Of a DNA stretch of 60,201 nucleotides, positions 48,520-56,965 are shown one piece after another. Below the pieces are notes generated by a model. The model saw only the letters and a program-made list of their open reading frames with translations. It did no database searches and had not been told where the DNA came from. The DNA is from an uncultured Thermotogae bacterium (lineage in GTDB: Bacteria > Bipolaricaulota > Bipolaricaulia > UBA7950 > UBA9294), in the NCBI GenBank assembly GCA_964528085.1, contig CAZGRE010000001.1, forward strand, positions 20,633 through 80,833, in the 5' to 3' direction. The position numbers and the translations under genes are program-made. Numbering within the stretch: the stretch's first letter is position 1; every line of letters starts with the position of its first letter.

Positions 48520-49502
48520 CACCGATCCTGATCGCATGCATCGTCCTGATTCCGGCGAGCGCCCTCCTCTCCTCCGCCTTCGCCAAGCGGATGAAAGCCC
48601 GCTCGCTCGGCCAGCAGATCCGTACCGTAGGGCCGGACGATCACACCCGTAAGAGCGGGACCCCGACGATGGGAGGAGCGGTCGTCATCACTATCTGGAT
48701 CGCCGGGGTGCTCGCGTTGGGGATCGTCCATCCTCTCAGCTTAAAGGGTGGGTTCATCCTCGCCTCCGCATCCCTGTTCGGCGCGATCGGCGCTGCGGAT
48801 GACCTGATCTCCCTCCGGAGGCGCCGCTCGCTCGGCCTCTCCCCGACCGGCAAGATCGCCCTCTCCAGCCTGGCGGTCCTCGTCCTGTTCTTCGCGTTCA
48901 ACGGAGCGTTCAGGACGCCGATAATGGTCCCGTTCTCCTCCCTTCACCTCCCCCTCCCGCCGATCGGCTCATTCCTCCTCGCATGGCTCGTATTCCTGGG
49001 AACGACGAACGGGATGAACCTGACGGACGGGCTCGACGGGCTCGCATCCGGGGTGACGATCCTTGTCCTGATCGGGGCGGCTGTCCTCTCCCCGGAGAGG
49101 GAGGTACTGATCGTCGTCCTCCCCCTCATCGCGGTGCTGATCGGCTTTCTCTGGGTGAACGCCTATCCGGCGCGCCTCTTCCTCGGCGACGTCGGGTCGT
49201 TCGCCCTCGGTGGAGGGATAGCCGGCCTGGCGATAGCGAACGGAACTAGCCTGATCCTTCCGATCCTCGGCGGTCTGATCGTCCTCGAGACGGGATCGGT
49301 CATCCTGCAGGTGGTCTTCTTAAAGGCGAAGGAGAAGCGCCTGTTCAAGATGAGCCCTCTACATCACCACTTCGAGGAGGGAACGAAGGCAAGGGGGGAA
49401 TACCTCCTACCAGCACCGGAGTGGCCGGAGCCGACGATCACGGCGCGCTTCCTCCTCGTCGAGGGGCTCTTCGTCCTGATAGCCCTCGTTGCGGGAGGAT
49501 GA
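48516..49502 (+). CDS. mraY: Phospho-N-acetylmuramoyl-pentapeptide transferase
   Basis: KSGTPTMGG, AADDLISL, NGMNLTDGLDGLASG, GDVGSFALGG and SPLHHHFE are all MraY hallmark motifs. Confidence 0.92.
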   Translation: MTPILIACIVLIPASALLSSAFAKRMKARSLGQQIRTVGPDDHTRKSGTPTMGGAVVITIWIAGVLALGIVHPLSLKGGFILASASLFGAIGAADDLISLRRRRSLGLSPTGKIALSSLAVLVLFFAFNGAFRTPIMVPFSSLHLPLPPIGSFLLAWLVFLGTTNGMNLTDGLDGLASGVTILVLIGAAVLSPEREVLIVVLPLIAVLIGFLWVNAYPARLFLGDVGSFALGGGIAGLAIANGTSLILPILGGLIVLETGSVILQVVFLKAKEKRLFKMSPLHHHFEEGTKARGEYLLPAPEWPEPTITARFLLVEGLFVLIALVAGG

Positions 49503-49509
49503 ACCCTCA

Positions 49510-49595
<86 letters not shown>

Positions 49596-49683
49596 GGGCA
49601 AACCGTGAAAAGTTTATTCCCACTTGAATCGACTGTCAATGATCGCAGCTTTCACCGATCCGTCGGGAGGTCTTGGCGCGGAG

Positions 49684-49699
49684 TGTAATATCGGTTACA
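49684..49699. promoter_or_regulatory. CRP/FNR-like palindrome, candidate operator upstream of the Crp-family gene
   Basis: TGTAA-TATCGG-TTACA (compare the CRP consensus TGTGA-N6-TCACA), about 100 nt upstream of the ATG at 49800. Confidence 0.3.
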
Positions 49700-49799
49700 A
49701 TGAGGGACGTTTGACCGCATGACTTGGGTGATGAAAGGAACGGTGTGAGAGGGCATATGTTCCCGGCAAAAGGGGTACATCCGCCGGAGGGGGTGAGGC

Positions 49800-50474
49800 A
49801 TGGTTGATCTCAAGGACTTTCGCATCTTCTCGGACCTCAAGGGGAAGGAACTCGACAAGCTTCAGGAGGCGGTACGGAAGATCAACTACGAGCGGGGGGA
49901 GATCATCTTCCCCGAGGGGGCACCGGCGTTCGGATTCTACCTGATCTTCGAGGGGATGGTGAAGCTCGTCAAGCGGAGCATGCGCGCGAAGAGTCAAATC
50001 CTGAAGATCGTCGGGCCAGGGGAGACGATCGGGGAGACGACCCTGTTCGACAAGGGGAGTCACAACGCCTACGCGAAGACGCTCACCCCCGTCGTCGTCG
50101 GGTTCATCGAGCGCGGCGACTTCTTCTACTTCCTCGAGCGGCACCCGAAGACGATCTTCAGGATGTATGCAAAGCTCTCCCAGGAGCTGAAGGCGTTTCA
50201 GAACAAGCTGGCCGAGCGCTCCTACTCCTCGAGCAAGGAGCGCCTCGCTCGGCTGATCCTTCATCTGGGGAAGAGCGGGGTCGAACTCTCGCGCGCCGAG
50301 CTGGCAGAGATGGCAGGCGTCTCGTCAAAGACGGCGATCAGGACGTTGAGCGAGCTCGAAAGCCGCGGGATCATCGCGATCGAGAGCAGAAAGATCAAGA
50401 TCCTTCGCGAGGAGTACCTGCAGAAGATCGTGGAGCCGCTATCCCCGGCCCTGAATCCAAACCTGATAATCTAG
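49800..50474 (+). CDS. Crp/Fnr family transcriptional regulator (no FNR-type cysteine cluster)
   Basis: cNMP-binding-like N-terminal domain and a C-terminal HTH (SRAELAEMAGVSSKTAIRTLSELESRGII). Confidence 0.85.
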   Translation: MVDLKDFRIFSDLKGKELDKLQEAVRKINYERGEIIFPEGAPAFGFYLIFEGMVKLVKRSMRAKSQILKIVGPGETIGETTLFDKGSHNAYAKTLTPVVVGFIERGDFFYFLERHPKTIFRMYAKLSQELKAFQNKLAERSYSSSKERLARLILHLGKSGVELSRAELAEMAGVSSKTAIRTLSELESRGIIAIESRKIKILREEYLQKIVEPLSPALNPNLII

Positions 50475-50598
50475 AAGAAGAACGTCCTCACATTAGGTGA
50501 CCGGTGTCCTTCCAGATGGTCATCCCGGTTCTTACCTTCTCCTCGGGCATCTGTCTTTCAGCACCCCTACAGACTGATCGGGCAAGGACGGGCGACCA

Positions 50599-52482
50599 TT
50601 GACAGGTGGATTGAATCCGACTGAACGGACGATCATCGTCGGGGTTACGTTTGTAATCTCGGTTGTGGCGAGCATCATCCTCCATCGGACCGGTGTTCCG
50701 ATGACGCCGGTCGTCGCAGCGACGTTCGCCGTCCCGCTCCTCGTTGGTGTGAGCTCCCTCCGGCTGAGAAACGCCCTCCTCCTCTCCGGCGGGATCGCCC
50801 TGACCGGCATCCTCCTCCTCCTCCTCTCCGATGTCCGCTCCCCGGCGAGCCTGGTCCCCCTCTTCGCCGGGTATCTCGCGTTCGGTGCGGGGATCGGCCT
50901 GATCAACGAGCGGAGGATCCTGAGGAGGAGGAAGTGGCGCCAATCGCGGACGTTGAAGGAGCACTACGACGAAGAGGTGTTCGAGCCCGCCCTGAACATA
51001 CTCCACTTCATCGATCGGGAAGGGACGATCCTTAGGAGAAACGGGGCGTCGCGGGCTGCGATCGGCTACGCGACGAAGCGAACGCTTCAGCTGGCGGAGT
51101 ACGTCCATCCCGGGGACATCGACACGATGAAGACGGAGTTGATACGCCTGTTCGATCGGGGGGAGATCCGCGGGGTGAAGCTTAGGTTCATCTCGGAAGA
51201 GAGGAAGGGGTTCCCCGTCGAGATACGTGGGACGCGGATCACGGAACGACTCGCCGTACTCGAGGCCGCTAACCTGGAGAAGGAGGCAGAGCTCGAGCGG
51301 AGGCTGATGGAGACGGAGGCGAGATACCGGATACTGATCGAAAAGGCGATCGACACCCTCGACTCGGGGATCGTCATCACCGATCAACGAGGGGAGGTCC
51401 TGTGGGCGAACGCCACGATCGGCGAGTTCTTCGGGATCGACCGGGACAGGCTGATCGGGATCGACGCCAAGCGGGCCCGCTCCCGCTACGTCGGGGCGTT
51501 CGAGGACGCGCAGGCGATATCACGAATGATGGAGGAAGCGATCGAAAAGGGAGAGCGGATCGAATCGATGACCTGCCGCGTCCGTCCGACCCTCAGCCGC
51601 GAGGAGAGGATCCTCGAATACCGCTCGCTCCCGATCGAGGCCGAGACGGGAAGGAGCGGCCGGATCGACCATTTCATCGACGTCACCGAGCTGAAGCGCT
51701 TGGAAGATAGCCTCCGCGAGCAGACGCGAAACCTTCAGCGTAGCAACGAGAAGCTCGAGGAGTTCTCGCACGTCGTCTCCCACGACTTAAAACAACCCCT
51801 CAGGACGATCGAGACGTTCAGCGGCTTCCTCCTCGAGGACTACGCGGACAAGCTGGACGACGAAGGGAAGGAGTACCTGCAAACGCTCAAGAACTCATCG
51901 AAGCGGATGCGGCATCTGATCAACGACCTCCTCGCCCTCGCCAGCATCCACGTCGACAGCTCCTCCTACGAGCGGATCAACACGCAACGCCTTCTCGAGG
52001 AGATCCAGGAGGACCTGGAGGTGCCGCTCAAGGGGGTGAACCTCCAGATCGAGGATGACCTCCCCCCGGTCAAGGGGAACAAGGTCAGGATCGGTGAGCT
52101 GTTCAGCAACCTGATCGTCAACGCGATCAAGTACAACGACAAGGCGCTCCCCACGATCCGCGTCGGGTGCAAGTCGGACGGGATGAAGAACGGGATGGTC
52201 ACGTTCTTCGTTCAGGACAACGGAATCGGGATTGAAAAGCGTTACCAGGAGCGGATATTCGGGATGTTCGAGAAGCTCAACCCGAATCCGCGAGAAGACT
52301 ATGAGAGCACAGGGGCCGGCCTTGCGATCTGCAAGCGGATCGTCGAGGAGCACAGGGGTAGAATCTGGGTAGACTCGAAGGTCGGCAAGGGAAGCACCTT
52401 TTATTTTACGATCCCCAGAGCAAGAGAGGTGGAAGCCAATGCGTACCCTGGAAAGGATGAAAGTCCTCGTCGTGGAGGATAA
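50599..52482 (+). CDS. Membrane-anchored PAS-domain sensor histidine kinase
   Basis: N-terminal TM segments, two PAS-like regions, H-box FSHVVSHDLKQPLRTI, and HATPase_c with N, G1 and G2 boxes (NAIKYN, DNGIGI, GAGLAICKRIV). Confidence 0.88.
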   Translation: MTGGLNPTERTIIVGVTFVISVVASIILHRTGVPMTPVVAATFAVPLLVGVSSLRLRNALLLSGGIALTGILLLLLSDVRSPASLVPLFAGYLAFGAGIGLINERRILRRRKWRQSRTLKEHYDEEVFEPALNILHFIDREGTILRRNGASRAAIGYATKRTLQLAEYVHPGDIDTMKTELIRLFDRGEIRGVKLRFISEERKGFPVEIRGTRITERLAVLEAANLEKEAELERRLMETEARYRILIEKAIDTLDSGIVITDQRGEVLWANATIGEFFGIDRDRLIGIDAKRARSRYVGAFEDAQAISRMMEEAIEKGERIESMTCRVRPTLSREERILEYRSLPIEAETGRSGRIDHFIDVTELKRLEDSLREQTRNLQRSNEKLEEFSHVVSHDLKQPLRTIETFSGFLLEDYADKLDDEGKEYLQTLKNSSKRMRHLINDLLALASIHVDSSSYERINTQRLLEEIQEDLEVPLKGVNLQIEDDLPPVKGNKVRIGELFSNLIVNAIKYNDKALPTIRVGCKSDGMKNGMVTFFVQDNGIGIEKRYQERIFGMFEKLNPNPREDYESTGAGLAICKRIVEEHRGRIWVDSKVGKGSTFYFTIPRAREVEANAYPGKDESPRRGG

Positions 52483-52873
52483 CCCGAACGACGTCACGAT
52501 CATAAAGCGCGCCATGCGCAAGAGCGACGTGAAGTGCGAGCTTTACTTCGCCCAAGACGGGGAGGAGGCGCTCAACGCCCTCTACCAGACGGGCGAGTTC
52601 GCCGACACCCCGCGCCCCGATCTGATCCTCCTCGACCTCCGTCTGCCGAAGATAGGCGGTCTGGAGGTCTTGGCTAAGATCAAGGACGACGAGCGTCTCC
52701 GCCGGATCCCGGTGATCGTCCTGACCGAATCGGAGCGCGAGGAGGACATGGTCAAGGCCTACGACAGCGGAGCGGCGAGCTACATGACGAAGCCGGTCGA
52801 CTCCAAGGATTTCGAGCGCTTGATCCAGACCGTGCAGGACTACTGGCGGATCGCCCGCATCTCCCCGGAGTAG
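52439..52873 (+). CDS. Single-domain response regulator (receiver only)
   Basis: KVLVVEDNPNDV, DLILLDLRLPKIGG, PVIVLTES and a conserved K in YMTKP. Overlaps the kinase gene. SD GAGAGGTGGA. Confidence 0.88.
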   Translation: MRTLERMKVLVVEDNPNDVTIIKRAMRKSDVKCELYFAQDGEEALNALYQTGEFADTPRPDLILLDLRLPKIGGLEVLAKIKDDERLRRIPVIVLTESEREEDMVKAYDSGAASYMTKPVDSKDFERLIQTVQDYWRIARISPE

Positions 52874-53255
52874 CCGCATCAGCAGAGGACAGGAGTCCCT
52901 CTCATCAGGGATCGATTCCCTCCCGACGGGGAACGAACTCCTCCGCCCCGACCGGCATCTGCCCCTATCCGTAACCGGGCCTGACGCTACCATCGCCTCA
53001 GCTTGCGACAAGAAGCGGAGGTGTTCGCAACCGGAAGAGGGAGAGATCCAAGGGAACGCAAGGCGATTCCCCGTACCTCCTTACGAGGATTCCTCACCGT
53101 TTCGAGAGCACGGTGAGCCTCTTTCCAAAGATGGCGATACGCCTCTAAGCCGGGGGCTGTACCCGAAGAGGGGAGTTTGAAGATTCGGTAGGACAGCCAA
53201 CGGTCCTTACCCTGGGAAGGCGGACGCGGCAGCAGGTCCGCCTTCCCACCCCCAT
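52874..53255. ncRNA. Candidate structured non-coding RNA or structured 3' UTR region (identity and strand unknown)
   Basis: A 382-nt gap between convergent stop codons contains at least six stable hairpins, including a perfect 12-bp stem at 53214-53247. The only ORF there has atypical codon usage. Confidence 0.3.
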
Positions 53256-53987
53256 TCACTCATTAAAAACGAAGTAACACTCTATGCATTCTGCAAGATA
53301 GCGGGCCTGATCCGCCTCCCCCCCGCTGAGAGGCCGTCCGCTCAGGGAGATCAATCCGGCCATCGCCGCGGAAACCTCCTCGGGAAGCTCGACCGGCGGG
53401 GAGCCCCCCTCCCCATAGAATATCCCGCGCAGATCCTCATCGATCCTATCGATCGAATCGCGATCGATGATCGTACGGACGGCGAATACGACCCCGAACC
53501 TCCACCGCTCGAGATCCCCCCCGAGGGAGGCAAGGACCTGGGAGAGCGTCTCCTCCAGCATCCGGTTCAGCCTGTTTATGGAGGCGAACAGGCCCTCGTC
53601 GCTTGACCGATCGAGGAGGGGGATCAGCCCATCGGGTGAGGCCCGTTCGATCTCCTCGAGGGTCGACCGGTAGGAGAGACAGAACTCGGCGGCATCGAGG
53701 CGCAAAGAGGCAAGGGACGAGAGAGCTTCTGAAGGGGTCTTTAGGAGGGAGTCGAGGGATATCCGGTAAAGGGCGGCCGTCAATCGATCGCACGATGAGA
53801 CGATCCCCTGTGGAACGGCGACCGAAGAACCCCTGAACAGATAATCGGCGTAGGACCGATACAGCCCGTAAAGAGGGGCGAAGGAGGAGTAGGCGGAGGC
53901 GAATCCGCCTCCCAGGGATGCCGGAGAGGGGATCCCTAGGAGGGAGATCGACAAGACGGCGAGGAGGATGCCGATCGCTGTCCTCAT
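53256..53987 (-). CDS. Secreted hypothetical protein
   Basis: 243 aa with a signal peptide (MRTAIGILLAVLSISLLGIPSPA). Codon usage is typical of the genome. No family recognised. Confidence 0.6.
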   Translation of the reverse strand: MRTAIGILLAVLSISLLGIPSPASLGGGFASAYSSFAPLYGLYRSYADYLFRGSSVAVPQGIVSSCDRLTAALYRISLDSLLKTPSEALSSLASLRLDAAEFCLSYRSTLEEIERASPDGLIPLLDRSSDEGLFASINRLNRMLEETLSQVLASLGGDLERWRFGVVFAVRTIIDRDSIDRIDEDLRGIFYGEGGSPPVELPEEVSAAMAGLISLSGRPLSGGEADQARYLAECIECYFVFNE

Positions 53988-54017
53988 AAAACGATTCTAG
54001 GATCGAGTGAGGAACGT

Positions 54018-54045
54018 TTGCAACCCTCTCCCTTTCTGCTAGAAT
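54018..54045 (+). promoter_or_regulatory. Sigma-70-type promoter of the first BMP ABC operon
   Basis: TTGCAA, 16-nt spacer, TAGAAT. Confidence 0.5.
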
Positions 54046-54104
54046 GCTCACTAACAAGGGCCGCCGCTCTATTGGGCGGAAGGAAACGGAGAAGGAGGCA
54101 GAAG

Positions 54105-55283
54105 TTGAAGAAGGCGTTGGTTCTTCTCACGCTTATGGTTTTGGGCCTATCCCTGGTCGGGTTGACCGGGGTCGGGGCGGGGAAGGTAGCGGTGGTTCTG
54201 GACGTCGGTGGACGGGGGGACGTCTCGTTCAACGACATGGGGTTCAAGGGGACGGACCAGGCGGCGATCGACTTCGGGCTGGAGATGGTCGAGGTTCAAA
54301 GCGCAACAGCGGCGGACTACGCGCCTAACCTGCGGAACCTGGCGCGGACCGGGGAATACGATTTGATCATCGGGGTCGGGTTCCTCCTCACCGATGCGAT
54401 GGCCGAGGTGGCCGACGAGTTCCCGAATCAGAAGTTCGCGATCATCGACGGGTTCATCCCTGACAAGCCGAACGTGATGGCGATCCTGTTCCGCGAGAAC
54501 GAGATGTCGGCCCTGGTCGGTGCCCTCGCCGCAATGGCAGCGGCGGAGCACGGCTATGACTACGCCGGTGTGGTCCTCGGAATCGAGATCCCGGTCCTCT
54601 ATCACTTCGAGGCCGGTTTCCGCTTCGGTATGGACTGGGGGCTGAATAAGTACGCCGAGGTGAAGGGGACGACGCCAGATGTCGGCCTCCTCTACACCTA
54701 CACCGGGACGTTCAGCGACATCGCGGCCGGCAAGTCGGCCTCTGAGGCGATGCTCGCCCAGGGGGCGGTCGGGATCTACAACGTCGCCGGCCCGCTCGGC
54801 CTCGGCGACCTGGAGGCGATAACCGAAGCCCACGATAACGCGGGGACGACCTACGGTCCTCCGTACTACTTCGGGGTGGACGCGAACCAGGATTACCTCG
54901 GGAACGGGATGCATGCCCTCGCCAGCGGGATGAAGCGGGTCGACACCGGCTGCTACATGGCCGTCGAGTCCGTCGTCAATGGGACGTTCCAGGGCGGGAT
55001 CATCAGCCTCGGCCTGAAGGAAGGCGGGGTATCGATCAGCAAGCTCGACGATCTGGTCGACTTCATCGACTTCGGTGTCGCCGGTGGGGCGATCTCGGCC
55101 GACGATTTCTACACGATCCTCGGGAACTGGGCGTTCAACCGCGCCACCGTTCCGATGTGGATCTGGAACGCAGTCGATGAGCTGGAGAAGGGGATCCTCG
55201 ACGGGTCGATCGTCGTCCCGACCGCCGACACCGGCGACGAGATGAAGGCGATCCGCGAGCAGTACACGCTCGGGGCCCCCTAG
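54105..55283 (+). CDS. BMP family (PnrA/Med-like, nucleoside-type) ABC transporter substrate-binding protein
   Basis: TTG start with AGGAGG 5 nt upstream. Signal peptide KKALVLLTLMVLGLSLVGL. KVAVVLDVGGRGDVSFNDMGFKG matches the BMP pattern. The track ORF from 54018 is an over-extension. Confidence 0.85.
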   Translation: MKKALVLLTLMVLGLSLVGLTGVGAGKVAVVLDVGGRGDVSFNDMGFKGTDQAAIDFGLEMVEVQSATAADYAPNLRNLARTGEYDLIIGVGFLLTDAMAEVADEFPNQKFAIIDGFIPDKPNVMAILFRENEMSALVGALAAMAAAEHGYDYAGVVLGIEIPVLYHFEAGFRFGMDWGLNKYAEVKGTTPDVGLLYTYTGTFSDIAAGKSASEAMLAQGAVGIYNVAGPLGLGDLEAITEAHDNAGTTYGPPYYFGVDANQDYLGNGMHALASGMKRVDTGCYMAVESVVNGTFQGGIISLGLKEGGVSISKLDDLVDFIDFGVAGGAISADDFYTILGNWAFNRATVPMWIWNAVDELEKGILDGSIVVPTADTGDEMKAIREQYTLGAP

Positions 55284-55300
55284 CAAGGGCTACTTATGCA

Positions 55301-55332
55301 GGGAGGGAGGAGTTCGCTCCTTCCTCCCTTTT
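55301..55332 (+). terminator. Intrinsic terminator/attenuator between the SBP and ATPase genes
   Basis: GGGAGGGAGGAG-UUCG-CUCCUUCCUCCC (12 bp, one G-U, UUCG tetraloop) followed by UUUU. Confidence 0.7.
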
Positions 55333-55363
55333 CCCGTTCTCAGTCGGACCGAGGGGAGGGGGG

Positions 55364-56965
55364 ATGAGCGAGTTCAAGGAAGATTCAAACAACCATGGCT
55401 ATTTCCTTCGGGCCGAGGGGATCAGCAAGGTCTATCCCGACGGGACGGTCGCTCTTAAGGACGTGGATCTGGAGATCCTCCCGCAGGAGATCCTCGGGCT
55501 CCTCGGGGAGAACGGAGCGGGGAAGACGACCTTGACGAAGATCCTCTCCGGCCTCCTCCCGCCGACGAACGGGCGGGTCATCTCCCCGCGCGGTCCGGTC
55601 CGGTTCTCAAGCCCGCGGGAGGCCCTCGACTTCGGGATCGGGATGGTCCACCAGCACTTCGCCCTCGTCGGACCGTTCACCGCTGCGGAGAACGTCGCCC
55701 TCAGCCATGAGCGGCCGTTCACGCGGATCCACCTCGCCCGCACCGAGGAGAGGCTTAAAAAGTTGATGGAGGAGAGCGGACTGCATGTCCCGCTCGACGT
55801 CCCGGTCGAGAAGCTCGCCGTCGGCGAGCAGCAACGCGTCGAGATCCTGAAGGTCCTCTCACGCGACGTCGACCTTCTCATCCTGGACGAGCCGACGAGC
55901 GTCCTCACCCCGCTCGAGGTAAACGAGCTGTTCGCGCTGTTGAAGAAGCTTCGAAGCGCGGGGAAGTCGATCATCCTGATCACGCACAAGCTGAAGGAGG
56001 TCGGGTCGATCACCGACCGGATCGTCGTCCTCAGGGGAGGGAAGCTGGTCGGGGATCTTCCGACCGCTGAGGCGACCCCGGCCCGACTCGCCCGGCTGAT
56101 GGTCGGGGAGGTGATCGAGGAGGAGAGCGCGGTCGAGCTGAGCGCCGATGAGCTCCCCCGCCACGTGAGAGCGAGGAGGGCCGTTGCAGAGCGCGAGGGG
56201 GAAGGGACCCTCCACGTCGAGGGGCTGACCGTACGCGGGGACACGAAGGAGATCGCGGTAAAGGACCTGTCGTTCGACGTCTATTCCGGAGAGATATTCG
56301 GGATCGCCGGGGTGGAGGGGAACGGCCAGACCGAGCTCGTCGAGGCGCTGACAGGGCTCCGCCCGGCGGTGAGCGGAAAGGCGACGATAAACGGGGTCAA
56401 CATCCTGGGTAAGGACCCGCGTGAGATATACCGGCTCGGGGTGGCACACATCCCGGAGGACCGCTGGCGGCTCGGCCTCGTCCTCCCGTTCACCCTAGCA
56501 GAGAACGCGATCCTGGGGGTGCAGCGGTGGGACGAGTTCCGCGGACCGCTCTCATTCCTTCGCTGGAAGAGGATCAACAAACACGTCCGCGAACTGATCG
56601 AGCGGTTCGACATCCAGGCGACCGGTCCAAGTGCCCCGGCGAAGAGCCTCTCCGGGGGGAACCAGCAGAAGCTGATCGTCGGGAGAGAGCTCGCCAAGAA
56701 CCCGGAGATAATCGTCGCCTCCCAGCCGACCCGCGGGCTCGACATCGGGGCGGCGAAGTACATCCGTGACCTCCTCCTCGAGATGCGGGACAACGGGAGG
56801 GCAATCCTCCTCGTCTCCGCCGACCTCGACGAGGTCCTCGCCCTCTCCGACCGGGTGGCGATCATGTACGAGGGACGGTTCATGGAGGTCTGCCGGCCGG
56901 AGGAGCTCGACCGCGAGACGATCGGCCTGTTGATGGGCGGGGTGAAGAGCAAGGAGGGGGTATGA
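55364..56965 (+). CDS. ABC transporter ATP-binding protein with duplicated ATPase domains (sugar/nucleoside importer type)
   Basis: 533 aa. Two Walker A / signature / Walker B sets (GENGAGKTT...LAVGEQQ...LLILDEPT and GVEGNGQTE...LSGGNQQK). Confidence 0.9.
   Translation: MSEFKEDSNNHGYFLRAEGISKVYPDGTVALKDVDLEILPQEILGLLGENGAGKTTLTKILSGLLPPTNGRVISPRGPVRFSSPREALDFGIGMVHQHFALVGPFTAAENVALSHERPFTRIHLARTEERLKKLMEESGLHVPLDVPVEKLAVGEQQRVEILKVLSRDVDLLILDEPTSVLTPLEVNELFALLKKLRSAGKSIILITHKLKEVGSITDRIVVLRGGKLVGDLPTAEATPARLARLMVGEVIEEESAVELSADELPRHVRARRAVAEREGEGTLHVEGLTVRGDTKEIAVKDLSFDVYSGEIFGIAGVEGNGQTELVEALTGLRPAVSGKATINGVNILGKDPREIYRLGVAHIPEDRWRLGLVLPFTLAENAILGVQRWDEFRGPLSFLRWKRINKHVRELIERFDIQATGPSAPAKSLSGGNQQKLIVGRELAKNPEIIVASQPTRGLDIGAAKYIRDLLLEMRDNGRAILLVSADLDEVLALSDRVAIMYEGRFMEVCRPEELDRETIGLLMGGVKSKEGV

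Noticed and set aside
52901-52908. Hammerhead ribozyme core CUGAUGAG on the minus strand, followed by a hairpin
   Set aside because: The hairpin is not followed by the obligatory GAAA/stem III element. A 7-8-mer match is expected by chance several times in 120 kb of two-strand sequence.
52874-53255. RNase P RNA or tmRNA identity for the structured spacer
   Set aside because: The minus strand has ACAGCCCCCGGCTTA (CR-V-like), but it lies only about 100 nt from the possible 5' end. No GAGGAAAGUCCGGGC (CR-I) exists on either strand here or in the adjacent 300 nt. There is no tRNA-like acceptor/T-arm with CCA context, and no alanine-resume tag ORF for tmRNA.
52987-53259. 90-aa minus-strand ORF whose ATG overlaps the stop of the 243-aa gene (ATGA)
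   Set aside because: The third codon position is T-rich, unlike genuine genes in this window. The product is a basic, low-complexity peptide. The region is better explained as structured non-coding sequence.
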